This document shows, one piece after another, positions 36,527-41,051 of a DNA stretch of 41,051 bases. The position numbers and the translations under genes were made by a program. How positions within the stretch are numbered: the first letter of the stretch is position 1; each line of letters opens with the position of its first letter. Origin of the DNA: a virus (lineage: Duplodnaviria; Caudoviricetes). The notes beneath the pieces were generated by a model. The model was not told where the DNA came from and did no database searches. It worked only from the letters and a program-made list of their open reading frames with translations. Location: the IMG/VR virus record IMGVR_UViG_3300039159_000055, positions 1 through 41,051 of that record; one strand, given 5' to 3'.

Positions 36527-37275
36527 TAGAAGCTACCCGCATTTCCGCCAATAATTGCCATAATTCCACCATAGACGCTATTAGCGCCTCCTCCGTCTAG
36601 GTTTCCGTACGGCTGACCGTCTTGGCCTGCTGGCCCGCTTGGACCTATAAGAGCTTCTAGCCATTGTGACTCCGTTCCTGAAAATCCTTCGAGTTGAGCA
36701 ACCTGAAATGCTGAGAGTCCAGTTAGTCCTTGATCCCCAGTATTGCCTTTAACGCCTTGTAAACCTTGAGGGCCAGCCGCACCCATAGGACCCTGAGCAC
36801 CCACTTCGCCCTGCACACCCTGCGCTCCATCCGCACCTGCCGGTCCAGTAGCACCGATATCACCTTTTGCCCCAGCGGGTCCCACGTCACCCACGGGTCC
36901 CTGGTCGCCCGTATCCCCTTTAGCCCCTGCTGCTCCGGCATCGCCTTGGATGCCCTGAGCACCATCGGCTCCGGTTGCTCCATCAAGTCCATCAGATCCA
37001 TTAGGGCCCACAGGTCCTTCAGCGCCAGTCGGACCCTGAGGTCCTGTATCGCCAGTTGTACCTTGCTCGCCTTGGACACCTTGTTCACCTGTTTCTCCTT
37101 TTTCGCCCGGATTTCCCTGCGGGCCTGCTGGACCTGGTGTGCCTTCGCCAGAAGTTCCGCCTCCACCGCCTCCTCCTCCAGATGGTCTTTTGTCAAGCTT
37201 ATTTATTTCAGATTCGACTTTATCTGCCCACTCAACCGATTGAGGAGGAAGGTTGGTATCTGGCCAGATGATCAT
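36526..37275 (-). CDS. collagen-like fibre protein
   Basis: Long Gly-X-Y repeat; GLSAFQVA..EGFSGTESQWL. Confidence 0.85.
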   Translation of the reverse strand: MIIWPDTNLPPQSVEWADKVESEINKLDKRPSGGGGGGGGTSGEGTPGPAGPQGNPGEKGETGEQGVQGEQGTTGDTGPQGPTGAEGPVGPNGSDGLDGATGADGAQGIQGDAGAAGAKGDTGDQGPVGDVGPAGAKGDIGATGPAGADGAQGVQGEVGAQGPMGAAGPQGLQGVKGNTGDQGLTGLSAFQVAQLEGFSGTESQWLEALIGPSGPAGQDGQPYGNLDGGGANSVYGGIMAIIGGNAGSF

Positions 37276-37299
37276 TTTACTATTCTATCAGTCAAGCAT

Positions 37300-37381
37300 A
37301 GAAAAAGACCCACCCCAGAGGCCAAATCTCGACAGGGTGGGTCTTGCTGTACTTTAAAGCTGCGAAAGGAGGGCCGCAACT
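37300..37381 (-). ncRNA. putative standalone sRNA with anti-SD loop
   Basis: TGG-TAGAAT -10 at 37388-37393; 5' hairpin AGTTGCG-GCCCTCCTTT-CGCAGCT; ends in an intrinsic terminator. Confidence 0.55.
37301..37345 (-). terminator. intrinsic terminator
   Basis: AAGACCCACCC...GGGTGGGTCTT followed by a T-run. Confidence 0.8.
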
Positions 37382-37404
37382 AAGTACATTCTACCATATT
37401 TTGA

Positions 37405-37794
37405 TTATAGGTAGTCTGGGATTAATGCTTTAACCATTTCAACATCTTCTTCTGTTCCAAAGATCTCTACTCTGTGCAGCACACTGGCCCCGGTCTTTTT
37501 TGATATCACATTTGCCGCTCTACAAAAGTCGGGACCGAAATTGGTATTGCCCATTCCTACTATCCCCTTTATGTGGAGCCTATTTGCTTCTATGTTTAGA
37601 AACTTTACCACCTGCTTTGGCACACTGGAATGGTCGCTCCCGCTGCCGTAGGTTGGGATTATTAAAATGTAATCTTGATCTACAACTAGCGGTGACTTTG
37701 AATCCCAGCGAAGGGGAATTCTATCCGCTGGGATTCCTAGCTTATCTACAAAGCGTTTGGTGTTTTCGCTAAGGCCCGAAAAGTAAACTATCAA
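37405..37794 (-). CDS. nrdI: NrdI flavodoxin
   Basis: VYFSGLSENTKRFVDKL, PTYG, VPKQVVKFLN, GNTNFG. Confidence 0.95.
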   Translation of the reverse strand: MIVYFSGLSENTKRFVDKLGIPADRIPLRWDSKSPLVVDQDYILIIPTYGSGSDHSSVPKQVVKFLNIEANRLHIKGIVGMGNTNFGPDFCRAANVISKKTGASVLHRVEIFGTEEDVEMVKALIPDYL

Positions 37795-38024
37795 GCTGCC
37801 TTGAGTAGAAGCTGTAGCTGGTCTGGTCGGAAACCACTCCAGCGGGCATCTCCTGCAACAACAACTGGTGCCTGGCTGTATCCCATTGCCTTTATAGCCT
37901 CCATCGCTTCTGGGTCATCCTGGAGCTTTATCTCATTAAACTCAATTAAGTTTCTCTGAAGGTACCTCTTTGTGGTGTCACACTGGACGCAAGATGGCAA
38001 AGTATAAACCGTAACTTTAGACAT
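37791..38024 (-). CDS. nrdH: NrdH glutaredoxin-like protein
   Basis: VYTLPSCVQC...QAPVV...WSGFRPD. Confidence 0.95.
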   Translation of the reverse strand: MSKVTVYTLPSCVQCDTTKRYLQRNLIEFNEIKLQDDPEAMEAIKAMGYSQAPVVVAGDARWSGFRPDQLQLLLKAA

Positions 38025-38078
38025 TAAATTCTCCTTCTAAATCTGGGGGGTCTCCTATTATACAGCTGCTCAGGATAA

Positions 38079-38648
38079 CTATGTAGAGTACCCTTTTTTA
38101 ATATTACAAAGACCATGTGATGGTCTCACGTTATCCAGGGAATCAGTGCCACCCTTTGCAATTGGGACTAAATGGTCAATGTGTAATCCATTTTCCCAGC
38201 CGGGTTTACCAACACGCCTCTGGGCAGTCATGTCTATCTGAAGCCCGCACAGGTGGCACGCTGTTCCATAAAGCTCAAGCATCTCTGCCTCTGTGTAAAA
38301 AGACGCCCCATTACCCAGCAACCTTACCCGGCGCACATGCTCTTTCCTCCTGTTCATTTCTGCGTATCTTTGTGGATTATTAAGTTTCCATTGCCTGTTT
38401 TGCTCGCTTAATCGCTCCTTATGTTTTTGGTAATACCTTTTGTCTCTTCTGGCGATTACTTCTGGATGGCTTTTTCTGTACTTGTCTAACGCGGCCTTGT
38501 GGGCCAAGGGGTTGTCTAGCCTTCTTTTTTTAGCCTTAATGTTTTCGCAGGGCTTGCAGCTACTTCTAACTGAGTGAAGCCCTTTTGTGCTAGGGCTAAA
38601 AATCTCTAGCGATTTTTCTGTTTTGCAAGTATTGCATATTTTCGTCAT
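38079..38648 (-). CDS. HNH endonuclease
   Basis: CHLCG...HIDHLVPIAKGG...NVRPSHGLCNIKK; N-terminal KICNTC...CKPC. Confidence 0.9.
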   Translation of the reverse strand: MTKICNTCKTEKSLEIFSPSTKGLHSVRSSCKPCENIKAKKRRLDNPLAHKAALDKYRKSHPEVIARRDKRYYQKHKERLSEQNRQWKLNNPQRYAEMNRRKEHVRRVRLLGNGASFYTEAEMLELYGTACHLCGLQIDMTAQRRVGKPGWENGLHIDHLVPIAKGGTDSLDNVRPSHGLCNIKKGYST

Positions 38649-38677
38649 ATAACTACTATACTACACATTGATTGCAA

Positions 38678-38715
38678 AAGAAAAACCCCCGGCCTTGAGG
38701 TCGAGGGTTTTTCTT
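38678..38715 (-). terminator. terminator after major capsid gene
   Basis: AAAAACCCTCGACC-TCAA-GGCCGGGGGTTTTT followed by a T-run. Confidence 0.75.
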
Positions 38716-38729
38716 AGTTAGAGCCTTGG

Positions 38730-39833
38730 TTATACGTTTGCTCCTGTTGATGCAATAGTACCAGTTGGTGTTAGGAAAGCACCTGTACTAATGTGCCTCA
38801 CGCGCATTTCAACATCGTCGTTATCGAACGATCCGTCGCGAGAAGGGACATCTCCGCCACCTAGGAACTGTCCACCATTCATCTTGATGCGAAGCTCAGG
38901 AGCCTCGTATCCGCGAAGGAAGCCTAGCACTAGGTTAGGGTTGATTGTCTGTCCAGGAACTGGAATCAAGAACCAGTAGGCACCTGCACCAGAGTTGATC
39001 TTTGTGATCCAGTCGTTTACAACGATCTCAATCTGAGAACCGATTGGGTTTCCAGTTACCAATGAGGTAACAGTCGAACCTGAAGTGGTCTCAGTGCGAA
39101 CTGACTGAATTGCAAGAATCCTGCGAGCAGTCATTTCTAGTGAGCGTGGAATGACTAGCGCAAAGCGGCTAACCGTGGTCATGTAGTTGCCGTTGTAGGT
39201 CTGCTTGTTGGCGGCATCAATGGCAGCCTCAAGTGACTCAATGGTCAACGCTGGGTTACCAGAGATAACGTTCTGGTTAGCAGTCTTGAAGTTAGCTACG
39301 TTTAGACCAGAGGTCGAAACAAGCTGCTTTGTAACTTCTTCGTCTTCTTTTCCAGCTGCCTTCTGGGCAAGCTCTAGCGGCAAACGCTCTAGCAAGCCAA
39401 TCTGGCCATCGTTAACAACAGTCTCCCATGAAAAGCGGATCCGGCTACCGGCCTTCTTCACAGACATGGTCTGCTCAGATACGTCGAACCAGCCAGCAGT
39501 TGGGTACTCGCTGTACTCAGGCACAGTTGGAAGTGAGCCTGCGTAGAACTTGTCTCCAGCGTTGTCTAGACCTTCGTCTTCGTAACGCATTGTCTGGAAG
39601 GTTACTGGGCGGAAGTCATCTACAACCAAACGAGTTGCGAACTGGTCCCAGACGCGTGGCTGTGCTGCATAGTCTGCAAGCATGATCTTGTTGATAGTTG
39701 GGGTTAGCAAGACTGGCAGGTCAGAGGTAGAGATACCCTCTTGTAGTTTCATCTTGTCGTGACGGTCTCCACGAAGTGCACCTTCGAGTAGCTTTGCTGC
39801 CTCAATGTGGCGAGGGGTAATTTTTTCAGTCAT
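38730..39833 (-). CDS. major capsid protein
   Basis: 367 aa; STSDLP...V.DFRP...SWETVVND...FDNDD..MRVRH; synteny. Confidence 0.9.
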   Translation of the reverse strand: MTEKITPRHIEAAKLLEGALRGDRHDKMKLQEGISTSDLPVLLTPTINKIMLADYAAQPRVWDQFATRLVVDDFRPVTFQTMRYEDEGLDNAGDKFYAGSLPTVPEYSEYPTAGWFDVSEQTMSVKKAGSRIRFSWETVVNDGQIGLLERLPLELAQKAAGKEDEEVTKQLVSTSGLNVANFKTANQNVISGNPALTIESLEAAIDAANKQTYNGNYMTTVSRFALVIPRSLEMTARRILAIQSVRTETTSGSTVTSLVTGNPIGSQIEIVVNDWITKINSGAGAYWFLIPVPGQTINPNLVLGFLRGYEAPELRIKMNGGQFLGGGDVPSRDGSFDNDDVEMRVRHISTGAFLTPTGTIASTGANV

Positions 39834-39851
39834 TATATATTCCTTTTCCGA

Positions 39852-40199
39852 CTACGCTGCTGCTACTGAAGAAGTCTGCACAAGGCGAACTACCACAAAG
39901 CCAACACCTGAAGTGATGCAGTGACCGATGAACTTATTGCTTGCAGCGGTTACGTTTACAACGCCAGCTGAAGTAACGTAAACGTTAGCTCCTACGGCAA
40001 TGTTGTTTACTGCGGTGTCAAACTTGAACGCACCGTCAAGCTTTAGAGTGGTGTAGGTGTTACCGTCTTCACCAGTGATTGCGTCTTCCAGGGCAACACC
40101 AATTACAGTACCAACAGAGACTAGGTCTCCGGATACTACAGTTGATGCCACAGGGAAGGTAAGCTGACTGGCAATGTTGTAGATCTCGTTAAGAGCCAT
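39852..40199 (-). CDS. capsid cement/decoration protein (DUF2190-like)
   Basis: VVSGDLVSVGTVIGVA...GAFKF...GANVY. Confidence 0.8.
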   Translation of the reverse strand: MALNEIYNIASQLTFPVASTVVSGDLVSVGTVIGVALEDAITGEDGNTYTTLKLDGAFKFDTAVNNIAVGANVYVTSAGVVNVTAASNKFIGHCITSGVGFVVVRLVQTSSVAAA

Positions 40200-40211
40200 T
40201 ACTTTGCTTCC

Positions 40212-41051
40212 TTACTTCTTAGCGATGCGTGAGATGATAGCATCAAACTCATCGGCGTTGGTTGTGGTTTTTGCTTCCTGGATTGAACCATAGGTTACCC
40301 CAGAAGTGTTCGCTGATTCGGAAACTGCAGTGACGTAGTTTTTCTCGTCAGCAATCAGTTCATCAACAGTTTTCTCATTTGACTCAGCCTTAAGCGCCTC
40401 TGCTACACGAGCAAGGGCAAGCTTTGGCAAGCCAGATTCGTTGAACTTCACAGCTACATCTACCGGGTTGATAGCTTCGGTGACCTCTTCAGGCTCATCG
40501 AGAACTTCTTCACCCTCGGCAGGAGTAGCAGCCTCTACAAGAATCGAAATCGACTCGCGAAGAGGAGTGAGAGCTTCAACAACGGTAGTCTTAAGGTCCA
40601 GGATTGCGGCCTCAAATTCTTCCTTTGTAATCATACTTTCGCTTCCTTCCAATATGGACTCAGATATCTCGATGATACCTTCCTCCTTCTTTGTGTAGCT
40701 TTCAAGCAGGGTCAAGAATTTGCCCCCAGCTCCAGCTACAGTTACAACGTCTACACTTGTCATTGGATCTGCAACCAGAGACTCGATGATGGGGCCACTG
40801 CGACCCTCTGCTTCACCGACTGTCGCTTCACCAAAAGCATGTATAGACAAACCTACATCCCCAGCCATCTCCTTCATCATCGGAGCATAGTGGGAATAGA
40901 ATTCAATTTCGGCTGTTAGGCCGGTGCCGTCAAAACGGGCATCGGATGACAGCTTTCCGATAAGCTGGTTAATGTCTCGCTCTGGTCGATCAGTTGACTC
41001 TGACATCGATGGGTGATTGGCAAATACTTTAGTTCCCTTTTTGAAAACCGA
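40212..41051 (-). CDS. capsid maturation protease/scaffold (5' truncated by window)
   Basis: Frame stays open to the window end (VFKKGTKVFANHP); GLSIHA, SVDVVTVAGAGGK; acidic helical C-terminus. Confidence 0.8.
   Translation of the reverse strand, partial: SVFKKGTKVFANHPSMSESTDRPERDINQLIGKLSSDARFDGTGLTAEIEFYSHYAPMMKEMAGDVGLSIHAFGEATVGEAEGRSGPIIESLVADPMTSVDVVTVAGAGGKFLTLLESYTKKEEGIIEISESILEGSESMITKEEFEAAILDLKTTVVEALTPLRESISILVEAATPAEGEEVLDEPEEVTEAINPVDVAVKFNESGLPKLALARVAEALKAESNEKTVDELIADEKNYVTAVSESANTSGVTYGSIQEAKTTTNADEFDAIISRIAKK

Noticed and set aside
30862-37275. Stop-codon reassignment explaining the fragmented fibre genes
   Set aside because: Adjacent ORFs have their own starts, TAATG overlaps or promoters, and core genes are intact under the standard code.
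39852-40199. RecA/RadA recombinase label often attached to this family
   Set aside because: 115 aa with no Walker motifs; its position between scaffold and capsid genes fits a DUF2190 cement protein.

Overview
The window covers most of a long-tailed (siphovirus-type) dsDNA phage genome. The host is most likely an actinobacterium: the phage carries a WhiB-domain protein, nrdH-nrdI, an r1t-type holin and leaderless promoters. Moderate GC with heavy CTA/CTAG usage hints at freshwater Microbacteriaceae, which is an inference. Layout: (i) 1-870, a mostly non-coding, motif-dense region with DnaA boxes, 11-bp-period direct repeats and an AT-rich segment; (ii) about 870-7900, plus-strand small, often acidic early genes (including ArdA-like and Nmad1/DUF1599) driven by repeated TTGACA-N17-TAnnnT promoters; (iii) 7995-16129, a plus-strand DNA metabolism module (SF2 helicase, Zn-finger-WhiB fusion, Cas4-like exonuclease, Sak4-like ATPase, SSB, RepB-type primase/DUF3987, RuvC-like, DnaQ-like); (iv) after a bidirectional terminator, a minus-strand late region with lysis genes, tail genes, tape measure, frameshifted chaperones, an internally duplicated major tail protein, head-tail connectors, a modular fibre cluster, nrdI/nrdH, HNH, major capsid, DUF2190 cement protein and a protease/scaffold that runs off the window. 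No integrase, repressor, DNA polymerase, CRISPR array or canonical tRNA is visible. The most notable observation is a set of structured RNAs that display anti-Shine-Dalgarno loops: a 78-nt tRNA-like element complementary to the primase RBS, a hairpin whose loop pairs with the tail-chaperone RBS, and a standalone sRNA of about 80 nt. These sit alongside six exactly spaced leaderless late promoters. All product calls come from motif recognition by eye; no database searches were run.
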